DNA of 64,000 bases, from the NCBI RefSeq assembly GCF_009914755.1, contig NC_060933.1. The stretch is one strand, 5' to 3'. The position numbers and the translations under genes were made by a program. Positions 19,336 to 42,913 of the stretch are shown here, one piece after another (position 1 is the stretch's first letter; each line of letters begins with the position of its first letter). The notes below the pieces were generated by a model. That model did no database searches and was not told where the DNA came from. It saw only the letters and a program-made list of their open reading frames with translations. The DNA comes from the human T2T-CHM13v2.0 reference genome, Homo sapiens.

Positions 19336-21359
19336 CGGCATAGTCTTTCCCTCAGCTTGTCTTTCAGCCTGGTCCTCGTCTCTAATTTTAAAACGAAATC
19401 AACAGCCACATCACAAAATAGAATTCACTTTAAAAATATGCTTTATTTTTTAAACTGAAATCCCAATTGTCCATAAGCATACAAATGGAGGGTTTCAAAT
19501 TGTTTACTGGCCAGAGTATCAAGCCATTTAGCAGGCCCTTGAGAGAAGAGGTATGTTCTGGCAGAGAATCAGAGAATCATGAGCCTGAATGTACACAAAG
19601 GAGGCATGACCAGCAATGAAAAGACAGGAAGGGACGGAGATTGGAGAGAATGGTTTGGTCCAGGGAAGGTTGTTAGAAATTTCTTTCACTTCACAAGCTT
19701 GCAAAAGACCTGGGTCTCAACTTCCAGCAAATCGAGATGGAGAATTTTTTAAAACCATAATTAGGTACTTTAAAGAAATCTTCAAGTTTTGCTTTAGCTA
19801 TTGGCATAATTTCCTCTATTCTCTGGGTTGCTGCAGTAGTGAGGATCTGCAAACAAAAAGGCACTCTTCATGGAAACAAGGAGAAAATAAACGGTTCTTT
19901 ATATCGGCACTATTTTTTTTCCTCTCTGACTTATTCATTCATGGGTTTCTCCAACTGTCTGAGTCTCTGGGAAATGGTGTGTTTGCCCATTAATCAAGGA
20001 ATACCTATTTCTCCCCTTCCTGCGCTACTAATCAAGAGAAGCAACATTTTCAACTTCTGAGAAGTCCATTTTAGACGTTCCTTGTATGACTCAGTTGACA
20101 TGTTCACTGGTGACAGCAATCTTGCTATGACTAAGCAGCTTCTACTTTTGACATCTTCTAGTAGAAGAAATGAGTCGCTGTGTAGACATTTCCCTCCAGG
20201 TGGTCTTCACCTAGAGTATAACAAGTAGCCAAGTCTATAACGGGAAACGTTCTTTCAAAGAGATCTGAATGTTGATGTATTATTGCAGAGTGTTTGCTGC
20301 CTCCAAGTTCTATCTCTCACAATGTTAGAAGATGATGACTTTCTGTGGCAATAAGGATTTTTACCAGGTCTTTATTTGGTGCCCAAGAATAATACTTTTC
20401 TTGTGTTTCAGATTTTCAAAAAAATAAGAACATTCCTTCGAAGAAGCTGTTATCCAGCATCAGATCTCTGAATGCCGCTGACTGAAAAGCGGGCTTTTGC
20501 ATGCAAGGTGGAAATCTATATTCAGTTGCAGGTAAATAGAAAACTAAACTCCTTCCTGTTAGACTGCCGTGCATGCCAGGTCTTCTAGTCCTAACTGCCC
20601 TGAGGCACTCTGCACATCACCCATGGTGGGTTTTGAGGCCCACTGGGATCATCTAGGACCTTGAGAAGGGGTTGGCTGTTACAGGAGCTCTAGTCTATAA
20701 CACTGACAGACATTTCTTCTGCTCCATGTTTCATTTTCTTGTTTAACAGGTAGACCAATTTGCTACTAAGTTGGTTTCTCCAGCCTCGGCTGTGAAAAAG
20801 CAGCATCCTTTGGGAAGCATTTTGCACTTACTGCAATATTCCAGCGATGCCAAGTCACAATCTCAGTGAGCTCCACACTTACTCAGGTAAATTCAACTAA
20901 TTCATGTGCTATGTTAGCTAAATGGAAAAATATTGATTCAACCATTCTGCTTACAAAGATTGTTAGATTTTATACTAAGTCAGAATTTCATCTGCCTCCT
21001 TTCTGACATTTGTGTAAAGGTTGGATGCCTATAACACTGAAAATAATTTATAATATACTGACCTCTATGAGCTTACAGTGGTATAGTGCTGTAAGCTATT
21101 AACATCCTTATTTACCCTGAGAGGATGCAGGATAGTTAGAAACACAGATAATTGGTATTGTAAGGCCAATTGCCTATGTCTTAAGAATAATTATCCTTAT
21201 TTGCCTGGCATTTTATTTAGGAATAGGCTAATGGCATTCTTTATAAACAGTGCTATCTTATTCTTAAGTTTAGCTCTGTTTCTTAAATAAAGATAATTCC
21301 TTAAGATCCTTTTTTCAAAATTCTAAAAGGACCTGTCTTTTACTACAAAAACTTTAATA

Positions 21360-21990
21360 ATTTTTATTTTTTCCAATGTTTTATTATGAACATTTTCTAA
21401 CATATAGAAAATTCAGAAGAAAAATACAATGAACACTCATATCACTTAGACACCTACCATTTAGATTCAACAATTGTTAACATTTTGCCAGATAAGTGGG
21501 TGTGTGCACTTGTGTGTGTATGTTGTTTGCTGAACCTATATCAAAATAAGCAACAGACTTCATGATATTCTTCCCTAAATATTTCAGGGTCATCTCCTAA
21601 AAATAGGGCATTCCACTACATGATCACAATACTACTAACACATCCAAGAAAATTAGCAATTATTATAATATTATCTTATACCCAGATCATGTACAAATTT
21701 TCTCATTTGTTCCTCAGATATATATTTAAGCATGTGTTGAATGGCTGGGTTTTGTTTTAAATCCAGGTTTGTATATTGCATTTTGTTTCTGTATTTCTTT
21801 TAATCTCTTTTAATGCAACAGTGTTCTCAGTAGCACCCTCATGCCCCAACACATCTTCTTTTCTTTGGCATTGAATTTTTAAAGCATCCAGGACCATTGT
21901 TTTGTATCATGTCTCAAATATGTTTATTTCTTCATAGTGTCCTATAGCTGGTTCATCTCCTGTGTATTTGTCATGAACTGTAAGTTGAAG
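21360..21990 (-). mobile_element. Old L1M 3' fragment
   Basis: TTTTATTATGAACATTTTC...TTAGATTCAACAATTGTTAACATTTTGCC pattern. Confidence 0.55.
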
Positions 21991-24900
21991 TCCTTTAGCT
22001 GCATCTTAAATATTTGATCCTAGTTATAGCCACTTATGTTGGCTTTTCTATCGTTGCATGTAAATAAGACTTGACCTTATTCAATAAACTAAAGTCTTTC
22101 TGATTTTATAAAATATAAGTGCCTCTAAGTGAGACCTCTCTCCTGTACTTTATGACTTCTTAGTAAATGCATAGCACATATTTACCATCTGAATCACACC
22201 ATTCAGATTCAATCTCTCTGGATTCTTGTAAGTCATCCAAAATTTTTCATTTAGAATGTGGTGTACTACACTCAAAATTACTCTTTTCCTGCCAATATGC
22301 TGTCTTTTTTTCCTTAGGATTATCTCTTTGGAGATTTTTAATTAAATATATTCTTTTCTACTGATAGGCAGTTAAAGTCTGAAACTTTAAACATCTGGTT
22401 ATCTACTTCTAGGGTAATAATGTATTTTAGAAAAACCTAGAAATTAATGCAATTTATAAAAATAACTAAATTATTTAGTGTACCAAGTGTGAGAGAAATC
22501 TGTATGCTAATTCTAGAATGTGCAGTAACATGAAGTAGAATAGTCTCTAGACAAGTGTGAAATTTTTAATTAATCCAAGCTATATCTGAAAAAGTGATGT
22601 TTGAGGGTTTCAGAGTGATTGTAAATTAAACTAATTACAAATTGATTACCATTGATAAGTTGGTCCTTTAAATTCTTAAGATAAAATGAAAGCTGAATTT
22701 TTATTTGTGACTGATTTGACTATTTCTGTACAATATTTGCTTTAGGAAACATTTTAGTGTTTTCAAAATTCACCTTTTAGCTGGATCCAGTGATACGTCT
22801 GACAAAATGACAGGCAATTTGGAAAGCGAACATGAAAATATCTGAGGAAGGGCAGTCCAGACTGAAGGAACTGCAAATACAACAAACCTAGAGACAAACC
22901 ATCAACCAATACTTAGCAAAAAAACTAGACTAGGAAAAATGTCTGAAAAACCCTAGACCACCTACGTCCTCACTTGCTACAACTTGAATAGTCCTAAAAA
23001 TATTCCCATGAATACTACATTTAAGAAGAATATTCAAGAAGAATAATACTTAAAAATATACTTGTGATAAATTGGGTAAATTTAGCAAATTGTTTTTAGG
23101 CAAATTGATGCTTTGCTAAGTTGACTTATAGAGGACTGGTTTTCAATCAATTGATTTCTGGCTAATTTACCTACAGCTGTGCCTGCTGCAGAATAGACAT
23201 TTAGTAAATGTTTATTGAAAGAATGATAGGAAAAAGCTTGCATGTGAAACAAAATGCCAAGTATTGTATTGAGTTTTGTATCTGAGAGCAATAACTTAAC
23301 TGGAAACTAATTTGGGTTTGTGGCTTATCTGCCTTTCTGATATTTGATCCCATCCAAAAACCATCTGCAGGTTTTTTAACTGCAAAGCCTCACAAGACCT
23401 ATCTCTGGCCCAGTTTATCTCCTGGTGCCTTCCTTTCATCTTCAAAGCAGGCCCCAGGAACTCAGCTTTCTTTCCTCTCCAGCAACTCAGCCATCCTTTC
23501 TATCCCTTCAGATTTTGTTTCATACCACTGCATAATCTCCCTCATTTTGCATTTTCTTCTACATCTGTAGATAAGCACAGAAACCTAAAAAATTTAAGGA
23601 TCTTATTCCTGATCTCTGAAAAGAAATAGGATAATGAAGTAACCAATCTGGTAGAAGTGAGTAAGGTTATAGAATCCTTCCATAATTAACAAGTTATCTG
23701 TTACTTGTCCCTTTCAAGATGGTAAATGGATCTAGGAGGATGAGACTTTTGTGTGTGCCTTTTTCTCTCCCCGCTAAATTATATGAATTAGTTTTATCTC
23801 TTTAGGATTTGCCAAAAAGCAAAGTGGTTATCATTATTGGTTAAACACATTGATATTTATTTATTTTAGCAAACATGAAAGCAATTGTTACAACAGGACT
23901 ACAACAGTCAGCAGAACTGGGTCCCAGCTGGTGGTGACTCCAGAAAATAGTCAGGGTCCCACCTTGTGCCCACTCTTCCATACCTTTCCTGAATAGTCAT
24001 CAGTGTTCTAGGTCTGGTATATGTTCCCTGAAAGGCAGCAAAGAAAGAGAGTACAGACTGTAGTGTCCCTGATAAGATCATATGTGGATCTCCTAATATC
24101 AATTTGGCTTGAATACAAGGACTACTTTCCTATTCCAAGGGCAGGGTAGAGGTACATACCTAGGACATGGAATGGCAGATGTCTGAAATATACATTGCAG
24201 ACCACCACACTTCACTGAGGTGTTGCCCTCTGCATTTATTCCTGAGGGTGGAGTTCACTAAACCACTTTCCTTCTCACCCCATTTTTAGATACAATCAAG
24301 GTAGAATAATAGGTGTTTCCTAAACTCAAATTGGCAGTTTGCAGTTTCTAGGACATCAGCAATGAATGACACCCTTTTAGTGAACCCTGGCCCTTCCCCT
24401 TCCCCCTAGGAATGATGAACATAGTTCATGTCTTTACTAATCGTCTGTGACCCAAGCATCATACTGAGCACAACGTGTAAATATCAAGAAGACAGTGTTC
24501 AAGGGCAAGGCTTCAGTATATGAGGGGCAGCAGAAGTGATGGGGGGGAGGAGGAGTGGAAGACCAAGGCTGAGCCATTCCCCAGAGGGATCTTGTTACCA
24601 GGAACGTTGCCAAGGCAGGGGCTTTTGCAGCTGTGTAAAGAGCAGATTGGAGCAAGATAGAAGCCTGTTGTGAAAACTGGGGCCCAAGATCAGGGCTGGA
24701 CAACATCAAGCATCTTTGCTGCTAGAGTGCCTAAGCGTTGAGTCACAGCAACTTAATCCCTCCTATTAATACCTGGTTTGATTCTAGAGACTGGGGTGAG
24801 GCTGAGTCCCCTATTGGCTGCCAGAATTTCAGCTGCAGGGAGACAAACTCCAGGAAATCTACAAGTTAGGCAAGAAGGATATGGGGAAACAGAGGTCAGT

Positions 24901-26199
24901 TTCCAGAGAATTAAACAACTGACATGAAAGACTTAAGGGCTGTTCCTGGTAAAGGAATCTTTACGTGTAGGAACTGGGCAAGGAGAAAAAGAGTCCAGTT
25001 GCATTCACATTCTCACCTGAGTGACAAGAGAAGGCAAGATAACTAAGCGAAACTTTTTTCATTCTGTTGCTTTCTAAATTTTCAAACTAAGTTTAAAGAA
25101 CAATGAGACTAAGTCTGTAGGTCACGACAACCTGGCAACTTCAAGTTAGACCTCCATAATCATGAGTGTTTGCTCTCACCTATCAATACCATGCCATTCT
25201 GAGATTGCCAGACCAGCCTTCTTCCCAGCCCTGGCACCCAGGGCTCTGGCTCAGCTCTTTAATACCTACTTCCCTGTGCTGACCTGATGCAGGAACTGCT
25301 GGCCTTGCAGCTTGTCCAATGTCAGCCTAGCTCAAAACTGGGTCTTCATACCTACAGTCCAAAGAAGGTGTTGAACTTGCTAATCTAAAGGCATCAAAGG
25401 GCTGCAATATGTTGGAGTGGAAAGAGGAATAGAAACTTAATGAAGTTGCCAGAGAGCAACAAGAAACCAAGAACAGGCAGAGCTTAATTTTAGGCTCCAG
25501 GGATTTTCCCAGACTTATTTTCACTGTTTCTTAGGGCTCCAATTTTCTAAGTCCTTTATTCTTCAGTCAAATGAAGTACAAGGAAATGTGAGAACTCTAG
25601 ATGAGTCCCTGAAGTCATTGATACTAATCAAATGACCCTGGCAGCTCAGATCAGCAGGCACTTTGGGAGCATCAGCAATGACCCCTGTGTCCTTGGGATG
25701 TCACTCTCCTGCTATAAAGTCTTCAGTGGATCTCTACTGCCTTGGAATAACTGGACTCTCTAGCCTCACCTTTAAAATCTTCCAGGAACCCTTTCTCTCA
25801 CTAATCCCCTTCAGGCGCAAATACTCCAGCAAAACTTAATCACTGGTTTTTCACACTTGACATGAACTTTTTCCATTTTCTGACTTTTCTCAAAGTTTAC
25901 CTTGTGTAGAATAATATTTTATCTAACTGACACATCTAAATATAACTATTCTTCAATGCCAGCTAAAAGCTTATCTCTTCCAGAATGCCTTCTTTCTGAT
26001 TACACTAATCTCTGATCACACCTACATTTACTTGACTTATATTACTCAGCATGTTTTTACTATAAAGTAAATCTTGTGTCATCTTCCTCATTTACACTGC
26101 ACATTCATCAAATACAGATATTATATGTTATCAATATTTTCAAATGACCTCAGTGCCAGAGTTGAACTAATCATATTCCTCAGTTCATATCACCTGATC

Positions 26200-31300
<5,101 letters not shown>

Positions 31301-31313
31301 AAAGTATAACTCA

Positions 31314-32078
<765 letters not shown>

Positions 32079-32548
32079 AACTCAGTTGTCATTTTTGTAG
32101 AAGTTTTTAAAGTGTCTAATATGAATATGTTACCTGTTCATTTGTAAGGGATGTTTCTTTCTGAAAACTTTTAGAAATTTGCCTTTGATATTCTTAAATT
32201 TTACTATATAATGTGTCTAAGTATGAAAATGATTCCAATAATAGCTGTACTATTTAACTATGTAAGAATTTGTGTACTCTCCACGTTTTAGCCAAAATTT
32301 TTGGAGACATTGATGACTTTGGGTTTTATGAGGGTAGGAACTATGTTTTTCTGTTTCATAGCTGTTATCTTCAGTGCCTAGCGGTGTTCTTAGTATATGG
32401 CAGATGTACTAAACAAATATTTGTTGAATGAATGAATAACTGAATCGTCACCCAGGTGACTGGCAACTTTTCTAAGATTTTCTAAAATATATTATTTCTT
32501 TTGCAATTTGTCTCAATAACTAGGGATTTTTTTACAGCAGACAAATAA

Positions 32549-32592
32549 GAAAAAGACATCTAATAGAATTGAAAAAGACATCTAATAGAATT
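32549..32592. repeat. Perfect 22-bp tandem duplication
   Basis: GAAAAAGACATCTAATAGAATT x2. Confidence 0.95.
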
Positions 32593-33264
32593 TAACACTA
32601 AACTGAGTTAGTTTCAGTAAGTGGTCTACAGGTTATAAGAAATATTAAAAAATACATAGTTAGGAAAAGAACCATGCAAATTACCATTGGCTTATACACT
32701 CATATCTGAAATCTGAAAGATACTAGTCTTGGTCAAAAATGCATCAGTATGTATTTATACAGTATGAGTCACTGTATAGTATCACACTATACTTGGTTTA
32801 CAACCCTTTCTTCCCTGCTAAACTGTGACCAACTTGGAAAAACCATGTTTTTGAAGGAGTAATATAGATGACAAGAAATTTATACTTTATTCCTTTAGAC
32901 TAGTGATACATACCACAATAATTAAAATACTTAAAAGCAGAAAAAAGTGGTAATTTTAACTTTTTTCCTTCAAGAATATCCTCTTTTATCAATGAATGCT
33001 AAGTTAAAACACAAACAAAAGTGGAAGACAGAATGTGGACTTTCTTCGTTTAATTCATCTTTGTTATGGTCTTAGGCTTATTTTGCTTAGTGGAATTATT
33101 ATTTTCTAATGATATTTGACCATGTGTGAACTTCCCCCATCATCTCCTTTTCTTAACTATCATCTAAAAATACAGTACAAATGTCCACCTTTAACAGGCA
33201 TGTAAATTTTCAAGGTGCCATAGACTTAGGAACTGACATAGTCTTTCTTTAAGAAAAGTAATAC

Positions 33265-33567
<303 letters not shown>

Positions 33568-35499
33568 AGTATTAAAAAGGATGACAGAAAAAGAAAAGAG
33601 ATCCTCTCCTGGTTGTGAATATCAAAAGCCCAAGGACAATTCACAGCCATACAAGGCCTTATTGTGACAACACTAGTAAATGCATAAAAACTTTAAGAAA
33701 ATGTTTTCGACAGTGAAATTATTGCAGGCTTTTAGATATTGAGAACCTATCTGTGAAACTGAACTATATAAATAATTAATAGTAAGAAAAATAAAGCTCA
33801 TGTTTTTCTACAGAAATTGAATGAATTATAGAAATTTGAGAAGGTGTTAACAGTCTTGAAAATATGAATTCTTTGGGTTTTGCATTTCCAATGTGCAAAA
33901 GTGGTGTGAGATATTTCAACCAGTCTGTCAAATAATCTGTGCATAAATTGGAGAGAGCAGTTCCCCTGAAAGAGTTGCTTTATATTAAAAAAAATAGTAT
34001 CCAGTTTAAAAATAAACTCACTTACCTTTTACATGCTTTTTATGTTTCCCTGTCTTAATTAATTCCTCAAGTTAATTTCTTTTTAACCAAACACTGTCAA
34101 TTCCCAGATCATGCCATTGCATTCCAATTTAGGGCAACGTGATAAAAATGATCCTTATAAATGAAGTATAAGATTATATTTGCATTCAGAATCACTATTC
34201 AAGTCTGCATATCTTGTAATGGCCATAGAATTCTCTTTACCCGTGTTTCATGGTACCTAAGCTGTCAATTACTTTGGGAACACTTTTGAAAAGTAAAACT
34301 TTGGCAATCATCTTTACAAAGTATATAGACATGGTTTAAAATTTGAACCTAAAATATTTAAACCATGTCTATGTAGCTTCTCTTTTGAAAAAGTCTGCCT
34401 TGCTTGAAGAATTTAAGCAATCAAAATTCAATTCAAGGAAAGTTGCCAAAGATGAGGTGATGCATTCTAAAATAACTGAGATAAAAGTTATCTTCAGCAG
34501 AAATCATATAGAATTTTAGAGTTGAAATGGAGCCTATAGGTCATGTAATCTGAAGACCACTAGTGGAGTCCATGGTAAGAATAGAAAAAATTTTTCACCC
34601 TATGATTTCACCATGATTCAAATATGTAATGTTTCCATGAAGATTTACACAATATTGTAAATCTACATTTTGGGAGGGATTATCTTGATGTCCTTCAAAT
34701 GTAATTCATATTACTTTAGAATCTTTATGGGGTGGAGGAGGTCAATTCTATTATGAATATGTAATTGATTTTTGCAGCTTATTCATTGGAAAAATACAAT
34801 TTTGTATTTTTCTAGATGGGAAAAAGTCTTTCTGTGGAACTTATATCAGCCAGCTCTCTATGCTACAACATTTTTGGATATGTATGAGGGAAGAATGATA
34901 AGGATTAAGTCCGAGTATTATGTCAATATTTTATGTGAAATCTTATTCAATTTATAATTTAACTTTCAATAATTAGTTTTAGCATTTTAAATTTTATTGT
35001 AATTAAGTCTGCATTTGTTGTATTTATTAAAGCAATATTAATCTATTGATTTACATTTACATTTTAAACAACCTACCTTTGTTTATTTAAGGCTAACAAA
35101 GCTGAGTAGCATGTTCTTATATGGACATGCTAGTGTTTTATGCTGATTATTTTTATAAGAAGTTAATCATATATGACATAAATCTCATGTTTCATGTTTA
35201 TATTTTTTGCATTTGTCATTAAATTAAAATCTTACATTAAAAAACAAAAGAATGCCAAAAGGAATGCTCTGAACATAACCATATATGCATCATTGACATG
35301 CAAATTTTGACATGTAAACAATATAATACAATCCTATTCATTTAAAGAGTTAGAATAAAAGCATGTCTAGGAAGGCAGCTGCTTTGTAAGTAGTCCTATG
35401 AGTGGTATAATTATACCACTTCTTTCATCATTCTAGTACTTTGCCACTCATTTGATATTTGACAACTGTGCTGGGATGACTGGAAAATTTGGATGTGTA

Positions 35500-37630
<2,131 letters not shown>

Positions 37631-38602
37631 AATGGATGTTGAAACACCAGGACTCAGGGGATGAAATATGAATATAAGTTCATTTATTGGAACAATACTC
37701 ATTCAAACCCACTTTGAGAACCATTTTTTTCTTCATATTCTTGAAAGGCAACTAGGAAAAGTCTCATGATTCTTCTAGTCTCTCTTGATAATAAAAAAAT
37801 CCTGGGGTCACTTCTAGCCACTAAAAAGAGACAAACAAAAAGTCAGTTTGGTAAAGTCCATGTAATAAAAAAAATTAAGACTTCAACACTTGTTTAACCT
37901 TAAAGACTTCCCCTTTCAGAGCTCACACTTGGTACAGGCAAGTGGTTGGCAGGGGAAAATGTGGGGGTGATTGCTTCTTTTATATGATTTATGCCTCACC
38001 TTCCTCTCCTACTTTCTAAGCTGCTTCCAACTTCTTTAGGGATGATTCGGAAAAAGAGACAAAAACAAGGAACAAGGGCCAGGCCAGGATGTGCATGCTT
38101 CTTTCTAGCAACCTAGATACAGTTAACCAGGCACTACATTATGCTATTATCTTGGCTTGGAGTTTCTTAGGTAACGCAGATTGTATACATTCAAATCCTA
38201 AATTTGAGGGCATAGCTGTGGTTTCAAAATTTCAGAGGGAATTAAGAATACCCCTTCAAAAATCCCATGCCAAGGCAGACAAATCCCTCTTCATCCTCCT
38301 TCTTTTCTGCTATCCAGACTTTTTTCTTCTAGCTCACCATTTCACTAAGGATGTTACCTTTCAAGCTTTCTGATTTCAAATGGGAGGCTCAGTTTCAATG
38401 TGGGAACTTGTGGGAGCTTAAGACCATGTCTTCTGCTCCCACAAGCCTGTGAAAATTCAGACCTTTTTGTAACTGAGCCAGACAAATGTGTCCAGGAAAG
38501 GAGTGGTATAAGTGCCATCTTAATAACTAGTTTTCAGTTCCTTCCTTATTTTTGATCTATGAGTATTTCACGTACTTCTTGAAAGCTCAGCTATGCATTG
38601 AG

Positions 38603-39245
38603 ATTTTTTTATTTTTAAAATTTTATAGATTCAGAGGGTACAGTACAGGTTTGTTACATGGGTATATTGCATAATGGTGAGGTTTGCACTTCTAGTGTAC
38701 CTGTCACTCAGAGTGAAAGTTGTTCCCAACAGATAATTTTTCAACCCTCACCTCTCTCCCATCCTACCCACTTTTGGAGTCCTCTGTGTCTATTATTTCC
38801 TTCTGCATGTCCATATGTATCTATTAGTTAGCGCCCACTTTTAAGTGAAAACACGTGGTATTTGATTTTCTGTTTCTGAGTCATTTCACTTAGGATAATG
38901 GCCTCCAGCTCCATCCATGTTGCTGCAAAAGACCTGATTGTATTCTTTTTTTTTTTATGGCTGCAATATATTCCATGGTGTTTATATACCACATTTTCTT
39001 TATCCAGTCATCTCTTGATAGACACTTAGATCGATTCCATGACGTTGTTATTGTGAACTTTACTGTGGTAACATACAAGTGTGGGTGTCTTTTCAATATA
39101 ATGATTTATTTTCCTTTGGGTACTCAGTAGTGGGATTCGTGCATCAAATGGTAATTCTACTTTTAGTTCTTTGAGAAATCTCCATACTGTTTTCCATAGA
39201 GGTTGTACTAATTTACATTCCCATCAACAGTGTATAAGCATTCGC
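38603..39245 (-). mobile_element. L1PB-like 3' end
   Basis: Minus ORF remnant KCLSRDDWIKKMWYINTMEY (ORF2 C-terminus) plus 3'UTR. Confidence 0.85.
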
Positions 39246-40408
39246 TTTTATATTTTGAGAGTTTTTATAAACATGTTTCAACCAGTATTTCTTGGTGTTT
39301 TGTTGCAGGATTTTTATACTTATCTGACATGAGGTATTAAATGTTCTATTATTTGAGTCTATTTATTGAGTCTATGAAGTAAAAATGGTGTTGGTGAATA
39401 TTCAAGGTGTAATGATATTCATTATATGGGACCATGATATACTTCTAACACTGACTCTATATATCTTTCACTATACCTCATTCAAGCCTCAAATTTTCCT
39501 TTCTTTGGCCGGAGCTTTTTTGTTGTGTTTTGCTTTTTAAATTGTGATAAGAAAGAACATATTATATAAAATGTACCTTCTTAACCATTTTTAAGTGTAC
39601 GGTTTAATAGTGTTAAGTATGTTCACACTGTTGTGCAACGTTGAGTTTTAAACTTTAAGATTTAGGTTATTTGTGGCAAGGAAGGACAGGTCTATTTTAT
39701 CTTCTTTCTCTTGCCTTCACTCATCTTTGCTTCCTTATTGGCTGGAACGACGTATGAAGGGAGAAATGCTGCAACCTAAAATCATCTAACTAAAACTCAA
39801 AAGACTTAATTTCTTGTGTTGTCTTAGAGTTTCATATCTATTTTTTTCTGGAGCCTTTTTGCTAGATTAACTCACAATTCTGGAGATCTGTCAACCACAT
39901 ACAGATATATATTTGACTTTTGCAGTGTGAAGATAAAGAGAGACTATTTTTTGGCAAATTATTGGTGGGTTTAATCATCCTTCCATGAGCCTGTTTTGAA
40001 ATGCCTGTGTTATCACCATCTGTGTTATTTTTTTCTCTTTTGTAGTTTTAATTGGCTTAATTTTTGCTAGATCCTCCTTTGCCAAAAGTTTTGTATGTGA
40101 TTCAGTTCATTCATGTGATTTATCCAACATCACACATATTAACTACAGGAATTCCTTAATATTTTACAAGATATTCAGTTTAACTTTGAAGTGACTGGTC
40201 TGACAGCGTTAGATGTTCACAATATCAGCACCTAGACAAGGATGTCAATGCAAAGACAAAAGCTACTGGGGGAAGGAATATTTGAGAATGTCTAACTTTA
40301 TGAGGCAACTAGTTCACTAGGACATATTTTCATGTCATGATTATTTCTGCTTCAGTATACACTGTAAGTACAGCAGTGAGGTTAAATAATAAACACTCAG
40401 AAAATGAG

Positions 40409-40745
<337 letters not shown>

Positions 40746-41103
40746 TCAACCAGATGATACCTTCCATTTAAATCAAAATTTATTTCTGAATTTGCTTATC
40801 ACTTCTATTAAGAGGTCTGCTCTGTCAAGAGCTACATCTTAACTCAATGGACCTCTGGAAAAATAAGACAAAATTACACAACTAGTCATTTCAGAGAGGG
40901 GAAAAAAATCAAACTTCTTCCCTGGTAGTTGTAGGGGAAAAAAAGAAGCTTGATTAAAATTTCAATTTGCCATTTTGATTTTAGAGACAATGTGAAAAGA
41001 GATATAATCCATCAATAACAAGCAGCAGATTTTTCTAGATTTTAAGATTTCCAATATCAGGGTGCATGTCAGAATCAAGAATTACAATTATAATTAGTAG
41101 TGT

Positions 41104-41379
41104 TTTTCGCTGTGTCGCCAGATTAGAGTGCGGTGGCGCAAACTCGGCTCACTGCAACCTCTATAGACCTCCCGGGTTCAAGCGATTCTCCTGCCTCAGC
41201 CTCCTGAGTAGCTGGGACTACAGGCATGTGCCACTACGCCCAGCTAATTTTTGTATTTTTATTAGAGACGGGGTTTCACCATATTGGCCAGGATGGTCTT
41301 GATCTCTTGACCTCATGATCCGCTCACCTTGGCCTCCCAGAGTGCTGGGATTACAGGCATGAGCCAACCGCGCCCGGCC
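41104..41379 (-). mobile_element. AluSc-like, 3' end and tail missing
   Basis: Reverse Alu begins at TCGCTGTGTCGCCAG with no GAGAC and no long poly-T. Confidence 0.85.
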
Positions 41380-41806
41380 TATTAGCCAAAATATTAAACT
41401 GACATAATGGCTATGTAGAATGCAACTTTCAAGTGGATGCATTCCATTGATAATAATAGTAATAACAACACATATATTCCTTACTATGACCAGCTACTGT
41501 TTTAGGAGTTTTACTTAATTATCTAATTTTTTACAATTACCATTTTTAGGTAGTTTACTATTATTAGCTTCACTGTAATGGTGATAGGTGAGTACAATAA
41601 AACACGGAGAAGTGATCTGGCCAACAACTCACACATAGATGGCTGAGTTAGATGTTTCACTTAGGCTTAAAGTTATTGCCTGCTGGTAAGCAAACAAGTC
41701 ATATTTTAAATGAAGCATTTTATGAACACATACTACTAGTTTTTAGTATCTGCCATAGAATTGAGATCTATTTGCAAACAGCCATATTGTTTTCTTAAGA
41801 CACTAC

Positions 41807-42272
41807 TGTAGGCAGAATAATGATCCCCCAAAGATGTTTATCTCCTAATTTCCGGAATTCGTGAATATATTAGCTTACATGGCAAAAGGATTCTGCTGAT
41901 GTGATCAAGGGCAGAGACCTGGAAATGGGAAGATGATCCTGGATTACTCAGGTGAGCCCTCAGAATCTTTTCCAGCTGCAATCAGCGGTAGACTTGAGGA
42001 TGGAAGGTTCAGAGAGATGGCATATCACTGGCTTTGAAGATGGAGGAAGGGACCAAAGCCAAGGAATGTGGACAGAAGCTGGCAAAGGCAAGCTAAGGAT
42101 TGTCCTGTGGAGTCACCAGAAAGGAGTGCAGCCCGGGTGACACCCAGGTAGCACTTCTGATCTACAGAACCGTGAGATAATAAATGCATTGTCTGTCAGA
42201 TGATAAATTTGTGCTGTTTCAAGCTACAAAGTTTGTGGTTTTTGGTTATTGTGGCAATAGGGAACGGATACA
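41807..42272 (+). mobile_element. MaLR LTR, MLT1D-like
   Basis: TGTAGGCAGAATAATG...CCCAAAGATG...GGCTTTGAAGATGGAGGAAGGG...GCAATAGGGAACGGATACA. Confidence 0.75.
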
Positions 42273-42913
42273 GGCCCTGTCAGGTATTTCACTCAATCCA
42301 TGAAATACCTTACAGTATACAAATTTTAACATGCGCGGGAGCCACTTACGGATCCGTCTATCTGTGCTGCCTGGGAGTGTCAAGAGGCCGTGTCCTTCAT
42401 TCACCTCGCGCGTGGGCGGCGCTGCCCTGAAGATGCTCCCGGGCTCAGTGCAGACGGCTCAGCGTTCTCTCGCGTTCAACGAACCGCCAGAAACGTCAGA
42501 TGGTACGGAGGAAAACACTTTACACTTTAACAGTATTTTTACGTTTATTTGCAGCAAATGTTGTTGGCTTTGTATTTAAAGTATTTATGACTCACTATAA
42601 AGTGTAGGATCCAAGAAAACGCGCTAGTTTCACTTGGCCCCCGTGGCTGTCCCGGGGAGCTCTCCAAGGAAGGACTGGTTCCTGAAGTTCCTGGGGTGCT
42701 GCACCACCACGGAAGAACCAAGCTCCACAGAGAAGCCAGAAGCCGCGACCGCGGGGACGCTCTCTGCCAGGCCTCCACCGCCTCAGCGGCCCTTTACAGC
42801 CACCGCATTCTCCATGCCCCCAGTTATTTCTAGCTTCGCACAGCGCCCGGCCCACCGAGCGACCTCAAACCTCGCGACACTCGCAACTCCCGAGGCCCTT
42901 CCTGCTACTGGCC

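Noticed and set aside
34015-34035. Perfect minus-strand donor AAG|GTAAGT as a lncRNA exon end
   Set aside because: No convincing matching acceptor; internal lncRNA exons cannot be called from sequence alone.
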